From a virus, in the UHGV virus genome UHGV-1421865: DNA of 64,000 nt; one strand, given 5' to 3'. Shown here piece after piece: positions 9,881 through 20,510 of the stretch (position 1 is its first letter; the number at the start of each line of letters is the position of its first letter). The notes below the pieces were generated by a model. It was given only the letters and a program-made list of their open reading frames with translations, was not told the DNA's origin and searched no databases. The translations under genes and the position numbers were made by a program.

Positions 9881-10186
9881 ATGGACATCACAGAATATCA
9901 AGAAACAATAAAGAACTTTGCAACATACAATCACGATTTGGGTGCGTTCTTAGTACCGTATAACATCGGTGCCGCTGTGGGTACATTGCAGACCAAAATA
10001 GCTAATATAATGAACACGGACAGTACGGCGATAACAGAACGCGACAAGATCAGTTTAGCTATCAGCATAGGCGATATATTACAGCAACTGTCTTATATGA
10101 CATCCGAACTGGGTCTGTCGTTAGAAGAAGTAATCGCTCTTAATATAAAGAAAAACGCATCGCAGCAACCGAAACGAGAATTCTAA
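9881..10186 (+). CDS. Possible MazG-like nucleotide pyrophosphohydrolase (T4 gp56-like C-terminal helix)
   Basis: C-terminal LGLSLEEVIALNIKKNASQQ resembles the MazG/gp56 C-terminal helix (LGMNAEEIFKLYYLKNAENFARQ). The N-terminal EExxE metal motif is not clear, so the call is tentative. Confidence 0.35.
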   Translation: MDITEYQETIKNFATYNHDLGAFLVPYNIGAAVGTLQTKIANIMNTDSTAITERDKISLAISIGDILQQLSYMTSELGLSLEEVIALNIKKNASQQPKREF

Positions 10187-10189
10187 TCT

Positions 10190-10642
10190 ATGAACAAAAG
10201 AAGATACAAAGAGTACAGTGTTGTTATAAATACGAATCCAAATAATTCCGTACTAAATTACGAGTACGATCCGGAGAAGAACATTCATATAACAAACATC
10301 GGTTCGGGTACATTCTATAAAACTTACTATAAAAAAGAACTAGTCAACACCGGTACAGCCAATACTGGTACAGTCAACACCAATACGAACAACACTACAG
10401 TCTACCCGACGTCACTAACCGACGTTTTTAATAAGTACAAAACCGAACTAGAAAATGACAAGTTAAATGCCTATCGACTGTACAACAACGTCGATGAGGA
10501 GGCTATATTAAAGGTAATAAAGAACGGTAACGGACATATTTATCTTAAAAGAATGCCCTCCGGTCACTACTACGACGACACTGTTATCGACCGTCTCGAA
10601 CTATTACTGACAAATACCGAAAATGATGTCAAAAATAAGTGA
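10190..10642 (+). CDS. Hypothetical protein, 150 aa
   Basis: ORF with an N/T-rich central low-complexity region (TGTANTGTVNTNTNNTT). Confidence 0.45.
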   Translation: MNKRRYKEYSVVINTNPNNSVLNYEYDPEKNIHITNIGSGTFYKTYYKKELVNTGTANTGTVNTNTNNTTVYPTSLTDVFNKYKTELENDKLNAYRLYNNVDEEAILKVIKNGNGHIYLKRMPSGHYYDDTVIDRLELLLTNTENDVKNK

Positions 10643-10707
10643 TTTATTTGTTGTTTCGATCTATTATATAAATAGATTTATTTGTAACTAATTCAGAACA
10701 ATATAAC

Positions 10708-12606
10708 ATGGGAAAAATTCATATCACAGACTGGTCACGCGACGTGTGTGGAGAATACCAGGCAAAAGAAAAGGAACGTCATGAACGCGAAGACGAACAG
10801 TATCATTTTGCTGCAAAGCATTACGAGGAAGAGAACCCCAACCATATTTCCGACGAGGAGTTTTTGAAAATGATTCCTTATAAGATAGTACATCTCACTA
10901 ATAACAAGTTGTACTATGCCGTTTCGTTTGCCGCTATCCTTCAAAATATGCAAGGACAGGTGAATCCGTTTGATACTTTCTTTTTGCTTATCGACAATAC
11001 ATGGGACGCAAACAAACGATTCGGTTTCTTCCCGTTCTTTAAGCGACTCGCAAAGGCCAAGGACTTCAATGAAGTATCGACGATTCTCCGAAATAAACTC
11101 GACTACATCAAAAATTATGAATTCGGTTTTTATGTAGCTCCGATGGAACGTCACCTCGAAGTTATCTATATGGATAAAGACTCGTTTAAGATGCCGAACC
11201 TCACCGGTGATACCCCCCAGTACGAAGACGGTGTTGATTATAAGAAGATTTTACCTAAAATGGTTACACCGCGCGGTGACAAATTTACGAACAAGACGAT
11301 TGAAGAACAGATTAAGTTAGGTGTAGTACCGGAACTCTCCACCGATTTCGTCGGACGAACTATTCCCGCTATTTCTGAAGAAGCAGAACGACTAATCGCA
11401 GAACGTAACGCTCGCCGTGCTACAGATGTGCCTCATACTGTTTCTGACAGTGCTGTTGATACTACTAATGATACAGCCGGTGATACACTCAATGATACAG
11501 TACATGATACTACTAAAGATGCTGATTTACAAGCCGTTAACTCAACCAATAATGTAAGCGGTGATACAGTAGATGATACAGTCATTGATACAACGACTGA
11601 TATGTCGACGACGACGGCCACTATTAAAGACACTAATATAGTTAACAATACAGGCCGTACAAGTTCAGTACCAGATACCGATGTAGGACATGTCGATAAC
11701 ACAGTTGTAGACAGTAATAGAGACGATACAAGCGCAAAACAAGTACCGAAACTAGTATTGCCGGGTATTAAAATGGAAAGTTTGTATATCGACGATCAAT
11801 TTACATTGAATCAAAAGTATAAATTGCTAAATATCACGTTAAGTAATGCTATATTAGAAGCTCGTAAAAACGGACTGGTATTTTCCAAACAAGACTTGTT
11901 GAACCTTAATAAGACGTTTAATAAAACAATACTAGATAATATCTTGGACGACCCGGAAGAAGGGCCACCCAAGACACCGAAGACGGACTTTTATCGGTCT
12001 ATAATGTCTTATTATAAGAACAACAAAACAGACTGTGTCGTACTGGGTCTACAACAACTGGAGACTTTTAAGAATGCCAAGGCACCCCCTACAGATAGAT
12101 CAAAGTTCGACAACAGTATGCCGAAACGTGCCGGGTGTGTGACAATGGTACAACCCACACCGATGCAACCAAGCCCGACAGTGCAAGTTTCGTGTACGGA
12201 GCAGTACAAAAAAGACATGGATGAGGCTTACAAGAAAATGTTAGGTGACTGTGAATTTTATTGTATGTTTATAAATCCTGTGTTGAACAGTATGCTGCAA
12301 CAACTTTTAGGGGACTATATAAAAGCTGTATCACAAAATCCAGAATTTGCAGATCCCAATTCGTCCAGTGGTATACAAAAGTGTGCATCTAATTATACGA
12401 ACAATGTAAATAGATGTCCTGACATTTGTAAGTCACAGTTTATGACGGGTGCCGTACAATATCAAGTACAGTTCAATGCAATCAGTACAGTAACTGCAAT
12501 GTCAGAACTATTAAAGCGTATTGCTAGTGGTGAAAGCCCGATGGACATGTGTAATTCATTTATGATTACCGGTACGCAGTTCGCAGACTTTTTGTTACAG
12601 CACTAA
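10708..12606 (+). CDS. Hypothetical protein, 632 aa, with internal D/T-rich short tandem repeats
   Basis: Central region DTTNDTAGDTLNDTVHDTTKD...GDTVDDTVIDTTTD (6-aa periodicity) and a Cys-rich C-terminal domain. Probably virion-associated. Confidence 0.5.
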   Translation: MGKIHITDWSRDVCGEYQAKEKERHEREDEQYHFAAKHYEEENPNHISDEEFLKMIPYKIVHLTNNKLYYAVSFAAILQNMQGQVNPFDTFFLLIDNTWDANKRFGFFPFFKRLAKAKDFNEVSTILRNKLDYIKNYEFGFYVAPMERHLEVIYMDKDSFKMPNLTGDTPQYEDGVDYKKILPKMVTPRGDKFTNKTIEEQIKLGVVPELSTDFVGRTIPAISEEAERLIAERNARRATDVPHTVSDSAVDTTNDTAGDTLNDTVHDTTKDADLQAVNSTNNVSGDTVDDTVIDTTTDMSTTTATIKDTNIVNNTGRTSSVPDTDVGHVDNTVVDSNRDDTSAKQVPKLVLPGIKMESLYIDDQFTLNQKYKLLNITLSNAILEARKNGLVFSKQDLLNLNKTFNKTILDNILDDPEEGPPKTPKTDFYRSIMSYYKNNKTDCVVLGLQQLETFKNAKAPPTDRSKFDNSMPKRAGCVTMVQPTPMQPSPTVQVSCTEQYKKDMDEAYKKMLGDCEFYCMFINPVLNSMLQQLLGDYIKAVSQNPEFADPNSSSGIQKCASNYTNNVNRCPDICKSQFMTGAVQYQVQFNAISTVTAMSELLKRIASGESPMDMCNSFMITGTQFADFLLQH

Positions 12607-12623
12607 GTGCATTGTGAATAAAT

Positions 12624-13076
12624 ATGCTAATAAAAATGCAATCATTACAGAATTGGGTAGATACTAGGCAGTCTATCACAAAACCTAAGATAACCGGTGA
12701 CAGATACTGTTTATTGTACGACGAATACAAAGATGTCACGACAGAAACCAATACCCGTCACCGTGTGTACAGAATATGTGCTATTATCGATATGCCGGAA
12801 ATCGATGTTTATAAAGGCGACGTCGGTGGTTATATCGAAGAGGAAGCTAATTTAGACAATGACGAACTAAGCGGTAACACACCGTGGATATACGACGATG
12901 CCATGGTATACGCCGGTGCTCGTGTTACAGACTATGCTACAATTCACGATAGTATAAAAATAGTAGGCAATGTCTTGGTGTCCGGTTCGAGTGTGCTGGA
13001 AGGTGATGGTGTACTACAAAACTTCAAACCCGAAAGAACAGAGTTCTGTGACATGTTTATCAATCAAAATAAATAA
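12624..13076 (+). CDS. Hypothetical protein with hexapeptide/beta-helix-like repeats; paralog of 29717..30511
   Basis: Repeats of the type VYAGARVTDYATIHDSIKIVGNVLVSGSSVLEGDGVL. Similar to the repeats in 29717..30511. Confidence 0.45.
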   Translation: MLIKMQSLQNWVDTRQSITKPKITGDRYCLLYDEYKDVTTETNTRHRVYRICAIIDMPEIDVYKGDVGGYIEEEANLDNDELSGNTPWIYDDAMVYAGARVTDYATIHDSIKIVGNVLVSGSSVLEGDGVLQNFKPERTEFCDMFINQNK

Positions 13077-13085
13077 GACCAACAA

Positions 13086-13904
13086 ATGTCCGATAGACTA
13101 CAAAACAAAGAAAATACGGACTTAAAACGAATCAAGAAGTGGGTAAAGCCGTGGAACAAAGCAAAGTTCGACGACTTGTACGATAGAGACGATAGATTCT
13201 TTGCTGTTATCACTAAGGGCATACTGTCTTATCTAAATGAACATATCGTTCTGTACGACAAATCTATCAATCATTTTATCTTCAATACAGGTTCGTCCTA
13301 TCTTTATATAGAGAAGAACGGTTATCAGTACAAGATGAACGAAGTAACCGGAGAGGACAATCTGTATATGAAGATGCCCCGCGGTATGGTAGAACTATCT
13401 AGTATTTCTGTTGATACTGCCGAACTGAGTAATCCTTTCGTAAGAGGACAGTACGAACGACTTAACGGCGACGTGATACAAGGATTCAATGCGACGATGC
13501 GACGTCTTCCGATAGAAATAAGTATGGAAATAAAGTACGTGCTTAGTAATTACAACGAGTCGATAGTATTGTTACAAGAACTGTACGACAAGTTGATATT
13601 CCAACGGTACTTTTATATAACATATTTAGGTGAAACAATTCAGTGTTCGATAGAGTTCGGTACCGACGCGAAACCTGAGTTTAACAAAGTTGATCTAACG
13701 TCGACGGATGTCAATCAACGTAATTTGACTATCGGTATCAAAGTAGCTACAAATTATCCGATTATAGACGAACGAACAGAGCTACTTAATGATATGATAA
13801 TTGATAATGGCACCAGGCAACAAATGACTATCAATCATAACAATGCCGATACTGGGCAGCATACAACAGACAAATTGCCCATAAGAAATATAGATAGAAC
13901 TTGA
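13086..13904 (+). CDS. Hypothetical protein, 272 aa
   Basis: ORF translationally coupled to the 1601-aa gene. No recognisable motifs. Confidence 0.5.
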   Translation: MSDRLQNKENTDLKRIKKWVKPWNKAKFDDLYDRDDRFFAVITKGILSYLNEHIVLYDKSINHFIFNTGSSYLYIEKNGYQYKMNEVTGEDNLYMKMPRGMVELSSISVDTAELSNPFVRGQYERLNGDVIQGFNATMRRLPIEISMEIKYVLSNYNESIVLLQELYDKLIFQRYFYITYLGETIQCSIEFGTDAKPEFNKVDLTSTDVNQRNLTIGIKVATNYPIIDERTELLNDMIIDNGTRQQMTINHNNADTGQHTTDKLPIRNIDRT

Positions 13905-16900
13905 ATGATAACTAATATAGATAAATTTAGTAATCTTAGATTCATTACGTCGTCGTTAAATCCGCTGGAGCTTATTGGAAAGGTATTAAAGGATGCACAA
14001 AACAGTATTATAATAAATACCTACGGAGGTCATATCGGTATCTTTGTTTGTGACGGTGTCGGTAACATCCAACGTGCAACGGCCGAATTTTCTAATGACT
14101 TCAATATCGACGGTAATGTCGCGTCTATATCCGGTGCGGTAAATGAGTTGAAACAACAAATCAAGGACCTTAGAGATGCTTTCAATAAACTAAGTGAAAA
14201 TGGAGGTAATGTTCATGTACCGTTGATTACCAATCCTCCGCTACCGAAACCGGTTGATGTGAACTTATCTACTTCGAATGTTGTTATATTGGGGGATGAA
14301 GTGGCAAAAGTCACGATTACAGTCAGGTACGATAAGAACATTCGTTTTGATAGCGATGTAATTACACCGTCTATACATAAGAAGCACAGTGATATTCGGA
14401 CTGGTCTAAAGCTGGAGAATAGAGGTAGCAATACATGTCAATATACACTAACCATTTCTAAAGGCGATGCTACAGTCAGTAATAATACTATAACGGTTAA
14501 TGTAGGTGATCTGCACGCTAGGTTAGATGTAACTGTAACCAGACAAAATGATGTATTAGCTAAAATAACAAGATTACGTGTCACACCGGATAAAATAGTA
14601 TTTAATAACGATAATCAGTCGGCAATTATAAAGGTACATAAAGACTTATCGGCGGGTACCCAAAATATCAATCAATTAAAGACAGAAATTATCTCTTCCT
14701 CTGGTATAACAATTTCTAAAGTTGAATACAGCGAGCAAGTCGATAAGTACTATGTATCGGCTTCCGGGGGTGGTGGTACAGTAGTCTTCGGTGTGGCCGA
14801 TAGAAATTGGAATCCGGGTGTAGATAACACAAGTATTTCTATTACCGATAACAGAACAGTCGTTACACCGTCTGTAGTTCCAACACCCCCAACACCGAAA
14901 GCATTGCGTCGTATATCGAAGGTGATAGTAGAAGGTAATACTGGTATTGCTAATTCAGTACAATTCAAGGCAGGTACAGTTAAGACATTTAAGTATACTG
15001 CAGACTATGTAGGTGAACAAGAAGACGACTATACTAATAACATCTATATTGCATCTAAGGACGGTATCACAGTTGAAGTAGACAAAAAAACTAAAACAAT
15101 TACGTTCACTACACCGCGCACTTTAAGTGCTAAATCAGATGTCATATTTGACGTAATGTCTAATAACAAAGTAGTAGGTACAATACATGTTAACGTAACG
15201 GCACTTGAAATTCAACGTATATCGTCTGTAAGGGTAAACAACGGTGAACCTATAAGTATCACAGCGGGTACCGACAAGAAAGTATCGTACGAGATTGTGT
15301 CTTATAATGGCGAACTACCTGATAACGATACTAATAACATTGAGATTGCATCTAAGGATAATATAAACGTTACAGTAAATACAAAAGAAAAGACGATTAC
15401 ATTCCATACGGAAAGGACTTTAAGTGCTAAACAAGTCGACTTTGATATAACATCTAATAACAAAGTAGTAGATACAATACATGTTAATGTTAAGGCACTG
15501 CCTCTTAGACGTATAACTAAGATAACGGTAAATACTACTAATTCAGTACAATTCAAGGCCGGTACAGACACTACTGTTAACTACACTGTAACATACAACG
15601 GTAGCCCAGAAGACACTATTAGTGACAACAATACAGACAACATCGAGATTGCGTCAACACCCGACGTCATGGTTGGTATAAATCCTGTAGGAAAACAAAT
15701 TATGTTTAGTACAGAAAGCAATCTGGGTAAAAAATCAGTCGACTTTACTGTAACGTCGAACGGGGAAATAGTAGGTACAGTGCATGTTGATGTGACAGCT
15801 CAAGAGCCTCGACGTATAAGTGAAGTCCGAGTAAACGACAATAAACCGGTAAGTATCACAGCGGGTACCGACAAGAAAGTATCGTACGACATTATAGCTT
15901 ATAAAGGTGAACTACCAGATAACAATACAGACAACATTGAGGTTGTATCACCGGACAGTAGCATCACTGTTAAAGTAGACAAAACAAATAAGTCAATTAC
16001 GTTCACTACACCTCGCACTTTAAGTAGCCAATCGCATACCTTTAATGTGACATGTAACGGTAATAAAGTAGGCACAGTAAATGTTAACATTACGGCATTG
16101 CCAATTAGACGTATAACTAATGTAAGTGTAAACGGTGGTAGACCTGTAAGTCTCGCGGCCGGTGACGGTACTACTGTGGACTATACTGTAGCATACAACG
16201 GTAGCTCAGAAAACACCAATAGTGACAACAATACAGACAACATTGAAATCGTATCAAAGGACAATATCAATGTTATATTAGACCCTCGGAGAAAAAAAAT
16301 CACGTTCAGATTATCGCTCGATGTAATAAGTGCTAAATCGGTTAGCTTTGATATAATGTCTAACGGTACGAAAGTAGGTGAGGTAAATGTTGTGTTGCGT
16401 TATAATATAGTTCTTAAAAACGGATTAGGTGAGAATCCTATGATTCTGGTTCAGAATAGACGTGTCGCATTATCTGACTTAGCAAAGATTACCGGTACCT
16501 ACGGTACGCTTAAATACAAGTCATCTGTCTTTGCTTTAGAGAATCTTGATAATGAGTTGCAGTTTACAGAAAATGAAAACAAGCAGGGTACAGTTACGCT
16601 TTATGTAAAGGAAGACCCGACAGTCGAAAAATCGTTTACCGTTAAAATGTATAAGGCTTCGAGGGCAGAGATATATGCAGACGGAAAAGATTTAACAAGC
16701 GGTGTATTACGACGTGATCTACCGTTACAGTTAGCTACTAGATTTATTGACGGTGGTGTTACATTCTTTAATGATACCAATACGTTTAGAAAAGAAGTTA
16801 CATGGTCAGTTGAAAATGTCCATGGTAATACTAAAGTTGTAGATGCAATAGATCAAAACGGTCAGTTTAGAGTAGACAATGCTAGTGAATATAATATAAC

Positions 16901-18710
16901 GGGTATACTTACATATAAGTTGGCTAATGGCCGTGAAGTTTACAGAGAAAGTCTTTTTAAGCGAATTACAGTGTCCAACGATGAACTGAAGCGTCCTCGA
17001 TTTATATCATTAGACCCCGAGAATATCGAAATCACAGCCGGTACATCTAAAGAAATAGGATATAAGATAACATCACATAAAGGTACAGATATTACCGACG
17101 GTCAACAAGATACTATAACTGTAAAGCCTAAAAACGCTGAAGATAACAGACTTGTCGACATTACTGTAATGTTGGGTGATAATAAAATACGAATAACACC
17201 GAAAGTTACAGATAAAAATAAAACTGTTACATTAGGCATTTATGACGCGGACGATCGCCTAGTAAGAAATTTTGACGTGAAAATTAAAGGTGTTCAGAGG
17301 CACGGTCTGATACTAAAAGAAGGTGTAAAAACGCCGCTTGTTTTGTTTAAGGACAATACTATAGACTATAATGATTTAGTAACTGTTACAAATCGTTACG
17401 GTAATGAGAAAGAAAACCTAGTAGTTACATCACAGGATTTCAAGTTGGGTGGAGCATCTACTAGTTACTATATAATTGGAGATGAAACAAAACGTGGTAC
17501 TATAACGGTCAGCCTTCCTGGTGACGATAGTATGTCCTTAGATATAGATGTTCAACAGTATAAACGACCTGAAGTAACAATCAATGAAGGCAATCAGACT
17601 ATATTCAGGGATGAAAAGAAGCGGTTTACAGTAACATATCATATAGATTCGGATAATATCGACGTGCGAACTCGAGATGAATTTAGGTATGAAATAGAAT
17701 GGTCTGTACGTAAAGAGTTTAATAAACCAATTATCGGTACTATAAATCAAAATACTGGTGAATTTATACCGCAGGCAGAAGGTGAATGTACAGTAGAAGC
17801 AACGGTAACACACTTTAAGCTTAACAACGTTATATATACTCAAACGATTACTAGAAAGGTAACAGTAAAGGCATCTGACAATGCGAATTATGTATTACGT
17901 GCTACACAACCAGTTAAAAAAGTGGAAATCAACCAATTTAATATAACTGATACAATTGGTGTATCTGCGGACGTTATCTTAACATCTACACGTAACGGTA
18001 ATTATGAAATACCTAGTGTTGAAGTAATAACTAATAACGGTGCTCCAAAATCAGCTATAAATTATTATTTAACACGAGTAGAAGGTACTAATAATTGTAA
18101 ATTAACAATAGCATCTGCGACACATTCTACTACAAATGGACAAAATCTAAAGGGTGCTACAGGTATTGTTAAATTAACATTAGGTAAGGGTAGTAGGAAT
18201 GAACAAAATGTAGAAATACCCTTTGTGAAGAACTACGACACACCACTTAACGGTATATATGCAGACGATAAGACCGTAGTAATACGTAATACAGATAAAG
18301 ACAAGTCTGCAACTATTAGCGGCACAATTCGTTATAGTGATAAAGTTAATAATGTTGTACAAAGAGATGCCAATGGTGTCGTAAGACCAGTGAGTAACTT
18401 ATATACTATAAATACAACACTGAATGAGTGGAACGAACGTAATCCTAATGACAACAAATGGAATGATTGGCAAATAGGTAAAATTAGTAGTGGTGATAGA
18501 TTTAGTATACCTGTATCAGTAATGTATCCGAATGAATCGACTGGTTATGAATCTAATATGAGAATCTACTCAGAGGTCGACCCGAACTGGTCTGCAGATG
18601 TACATTTAGTTTATTGGAGCGAAAACGGTGATAATTCACTTATCGAACCGACAGTATCACCTTCACCGGTACCGACGGGAGATACATCTGCGTCCACACC
18701 AAAACCATAA
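13905..18710 (+). CDS. Large structural protein (1601 aa) with about six tandem Ig-like (Big_2-like) repeats; candidate decoration, fiber or adhesin protein
   Basis: Repeats of about 95 aa: RRIS.V.VN.G.P.SITAGTDKKVSYEIVSYNGELPDNDTNNIEIASKDNINVTVN.KEKTITF.T.RTLSAKQVDFDITSNNKVVDTIHVNV.AL, at approximately aa 335-900. The C-terminal region is beta-rich. Confidence 0.65.
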   Translation: MITNIDKFSNLRFITSSLNPLELIGKVLKDAQNSIIINTYGGHIGIFVCDGVGNIQRATAEFSNDFNIDGNVASISGAVNELKQQIKDLRDAFNKLSENGGNVHVPLITNPPLPKPVDVNLSTSNVVILGDEVAKVTITVRYDKNIRFDSDVITPSIHKKHSDIRTGLKLENRGSNTCQYTLTISKGDATVSNNTITVNVGDLHARLDVTVTRQNDVLAKITRLRVTPDKIVFNNDNQSAIIKVHKDLSAGTQNINQLKTEIISSSGITISKVEYSEQVDKYYVSASGGGGTVVFGVADRNWNPGVDNTSISITDNRTVVTPSVVPTPPTPKALRRISKVIVEGNTGIANSVQFKAGTVKTFKYTADYVGEQEDDYTNNIYIASKDGITVEVDKKTKTITFTTPRTLSAKSDVIFDVMSNNKVVGTIHVNVTALEIQRISSVRVNNGEPISITAGTDKKVSYEIVSYNGELPDNDTNNIEIASKDNINVTVNTKEKTITFHTERTLSAKQVDFDITSNNKVVDTIHVNVKALPLRRITKITVNTTNSVQFKAGTDTTVNYTVTYNGSPEDTISDNNTDNIEIASTPDVMVGINPVGKQIMFSTESNLGKKSVDFTVTSNGEIVGTVHVDVTAQEPRRISEVRVNDNKPVSITAGTDKKVSYDIIAYKGELPDNNTDNIEVVSPDSSITVKVDKTNKSITFTTPRTLSSQSHTFNVTCNGNKVGTVNVNITALPIRRITNVSVNGGRPVSLAAGDGTTVDYTVAYNGSSENTNSDNNTDNIEIVSKDNINVILDPRRKKITFRLSLDVISAKSVSFDIMSNGTKVGEVNVVLRYNIVLKNGLGENPMILVQNRRVALSDLAKITGTYGTLKYKSSVFALENLDNELQFTENENKQGTVTLYVKEDPTVEKSFTVKMYKASRAEIYADGKDLTSGVLRRDLPLQLATRFIDGGVTFFNDTNTFRKEVTWSVENVHGNTKVVDAIDQNGQFRVDNASEYNITGILTYKLANGREVYRESLFKRITVSNDELKRPRFISLDPENIEITAGTSKEIGYKITSHKGTDITDGQQDTITVKPKNAEDNRLVDITVMLGDNKIRITPKVTDKNKTVTLGIYDADDRLVRNFDVKIKGVQRHGLILKEGVKTPLVLFKDNTIDYNDLVTVTNRYGNEKENLVVTSQDFKLGGASTSYYIIGDETKRGTITVSLPGDDSMSLDIDVQQYKRPEVTINEGNQTIFRDEKKRFTVTYHIDSDNIDVRTRDEFRYEIEWSVRKEFNKPIIGTINQNTGEFIPQAEGECTVEATVTHFKLNNVIYTQTITRKVTVKASDNANYVLRATQPVKKVEINQFNITDTIGVSADVILTSTRNGNYEIPSVEVITNNGAPKSAINYYLTRVEGTNNCKLTIASATHSTTNGQNLKGATGIVKLTLGKGSRNEQNVEIPFVKNYDTPLNGIYADDKTVVIRNTDKDKSATISGTIRYSDKVNNVVQRDANGVVRPVSNLYTINTTLNEWNERNPNDNKWNDWQIGKISSGDRFSIPVSVMYPNESTGYESNMRIYSEVDPNWSADVHLVYWSENGDNSLIEPTVSPSPVPTGDTSASTPKP

Positions 18711-18720
18711 TGTACAGAAC

Positions 18721-19173
18721 ATGGGATTTGATATTAAAACGTTAAAACCGAATAAAAATGGTCGATATAAACAAGGTTATTTAGATAAATCACAATGTAA
18801 GAAATTAGTATGTGAAAATAATGAGCCTGTTATATATCGTTCCGGTCTGGAATTAAAGTTTATTAAATACTGTGAGACGAATCCGCTGATCAAACGTTGG
18901 GGGTCTGAAATAATCAAAATAGATTACTACAACCCCCTTCGTGAGAAGATGTGTGAGTATTTTCCGGATTATGTGATAGAACATACCGACGGGCAGAAGT
19001 TTATTGTTGAAATTAAACCGTACGAGCAAACCAAGAAGCCACGGAAGAAAGCGTCACAATGGTTGAAAGAGCAATATGTTATCAACGTTTCTAAATGGCG
19101 TGCAGCTCAGGCATACGCTACGGCAAATAACGTTAAGTTCGTTGTTGTCACAGAACGGTTCTTCGGTCACTGA
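18721..19173 (+). CDS. Hypothetical protein, possibly a PD-(D/E)XK/TnsA-N-like nuclease fold
   Basis: FIVEIKPYEQTKKP...KWRAAQAYA..NNVKFVVVTE resembles a nuclease core (E-x-K). The track ORF 18628.. has an upstream extension overlapping the previous gene, so the ATG at 18721 (MGFDIKTL) is taken as the start. Confidence 0.4.
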   Translation: MGFDIKTLKPNKNGRYKQGYLDKSQCKKLVCENNEPVIYRSGLELKFIKYCETNPLIKRWGSEIIKIDYYNPLREKMCEYFPDYVIEHTDGQKFIVEIKPYEQTKKPRKKASQWLKEQYVINVSKWRAAQAYATANNVKFVVVTERFFGH

Positions 19174-19195
19174 TTTTTACTATTGAAAAAATAAA

Positions 19196-19230
19196 AAGAG
19201 ACTGTGCAGTTACTTGTACAGTCTCTTTTT
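19196..19230. terminator. Rho-independent-type hairpin (bidirectional: A-run / stem agagactgt...acagtctct / T-run)
   Basis: aaaaagagactgtgcagttacttgtacagtctctttttt. A near-identical hairpin recurs at 19430..19462, and together they flank element copy B. Confidence 0.6.
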
Positions 19231-19249
19231 TGTCAACTTATCAAAACAT

Positions 19250-19395
19250 ACAAAAATTTGCTCTGTATCGCATTATTTTTCTTAGCCTTGGTGTAACTAA
19301 GGTCACTACATTTGAGTGCGTCAGAGGGCCTTAAAAGTGCCTTTATGAAGACGTAGGGTATTTACATACCAGTATGCAAAACAGAAACAACACAA
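19250..19395 (+). repeat. Conserved structured intergenic element, copy B
   Basis: aaaaatttgctctgtatcgcattatttttcttagccttggtgtaactaaggtcactacatttgagtgcgtcagagggccttaaaagtgcctttatgaagacg...acagaaac. Confidence 0.6.
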
Positions 19396-19429
19396 AAACT
19401 ATAAAATTAGATTGAAATATAAAGAAAAA

Positions 19430-19462
19430 AGACTGTACAAGTAACTGTACAGTCTCTTTTTA
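19430..19462. terminator. Rho-independent-type hairpin (bidirectional), twin of 19196..19230
   Basis: aaaaaagactgtacaagtaactgtacagtctcttttt. Confidence 0.55.
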
Positions 19463-19464
19463 GT

Positions 19465-19938
19465 TTAGTAAAATACCAGACCCAGTGATCTGTCGATGAT
19501 ATAATTACTGTCGTTGATAGTTTGTTCGTTCGGTGCTCTGGTATCTGAAAGTAGCTTCTTGAAATTGTCCGATTCGTTATTGACACTGATATTTACATCG
19601 TCGTCTTTATCTGGTGTAACAAATTCAGATGCTTTCCGTGTCTTTTTGATAAATTCCATAACAGTCTCTACACTTGGTATATAAAGAATATCGTCTTCAT
19701 TTATCTCGAACGGATTACTAATACCGTTTACCTTACAAATTATATCGGCATAATCGTCTTCACCGTACATTGCCAAGGATATAAGATCAGGACGGGCGAC
19801 ATAATGTGCATTCACTACTATCGGTTGTCCCGACATTATATCTAACGGTATAACGTTATCTGTTAGTAGGTCGATAAATTCTTCACCGTCGACATTAACA
19901 GTTGCTTTGGTGTCCAAAATCTTATATTCTAACGCCAT
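19465..19938 (-). CDS. Hypothetical protein, 157 aa
   Basis: ORF with a clean start and stop. No recognisable domain. Confidence 0.45.
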   Translation of the reverse strand: MALEYKILDTKATVNVDGEEFIDLLTDNVIPLDIMSGQPIVVNAHYVARPDLISLAMYGEDDYADIICKVNGISNPFEINEDDILYIPSVETVMEFIKKTRKASEFVTPDKDDDVNISVNNESDNFKKLLSDTRAPNEQTINDSNYIIDRSLGLVFY

Positions 19939-19950
19939 TGTTTTATATTA

Positions 19951-20424
19951 TCATTTCACTACTAACGTAGACGGCTCACCTACTACACTTTCAGACACTG
20001 TTTCTGTGGCTTTATGATCTTCAGGTTCAGGCACAACGGGAGACGACAAGACACTGTCATGTACGTCAGCTTTATGATCCTCAGGTTCAGGTGCTGTGAG
20101 AGAAGTTACTACAGTGTCATGTACATTGGCTTTATGTTCTTCTGATGCTACTGCCGCCACGGTTACTGTCTCTCCAGCAACGTCGCCTAAAACGGGCACT
20201 GTAGGTGTCACTAAACTGTCACCATCAGTATCTGTTAATGTAGTGTCAATAGCTTTTCTAAATGCAGCAGCTTCTGCATTGGCATCTGTTTTACCGACAG
20301 ACCATTTGATAAAGTCGTGTAGTGCCTTTTGTTCGTCTGTTTTAGGATCCAGTGCTGTGTTAAAATCGGCTTCACTGATGTGTACAAGACCGGTTAGATC
20401 AAGAAATTTTTGGTATAGTGTCAT
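19951..20424 (-). CDS. Hypothetical protein with three tandem ~18-aa repeats (PEPEDHKA[D/N]VHD[S/T]V)
   Basis: Repeat units are visible at both protein and DNA level (ttcaggttcaggcaca...tgtcatgtac repeated). Confidence 0.45.
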   Translation of the reverse strand: MTLYQKFLDLTGLVHISEADFNTALDPKTDEQKALHDFIKWSVGKTDANAEAAAFRKAIDTTLTDTDGDSLVTPTVPVLGDVAGETVTVAAVASEEHKANVHDTVVTSLTAPEPEDHKADVHDSVLSSPVVPEPEDHKATETVSESVVGEPSTLVVK

Positions 20425-20510
20425 TATCTTAAAGTATATATACGTTACTATATAAATAATCCGAATACGCCTGATTTTTGATATATAAGATAAATTATAG
20501 TATAAACAAG

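Noticed and set aside
11433-12218. Minus-strand track ORFs inside the 632-aa plus-strand gene (11433..11702, 12012..12218) and similar antisense ORFs inside large genes (14213..18362 set, 40064..45814 set, 21824..22794, 27611..28238, 33040..33973)
   Set aside because: They are antisense to long ORFs with strong coding signal. Their composition is typical of frame-shadow ORFs, and they lack independent support.
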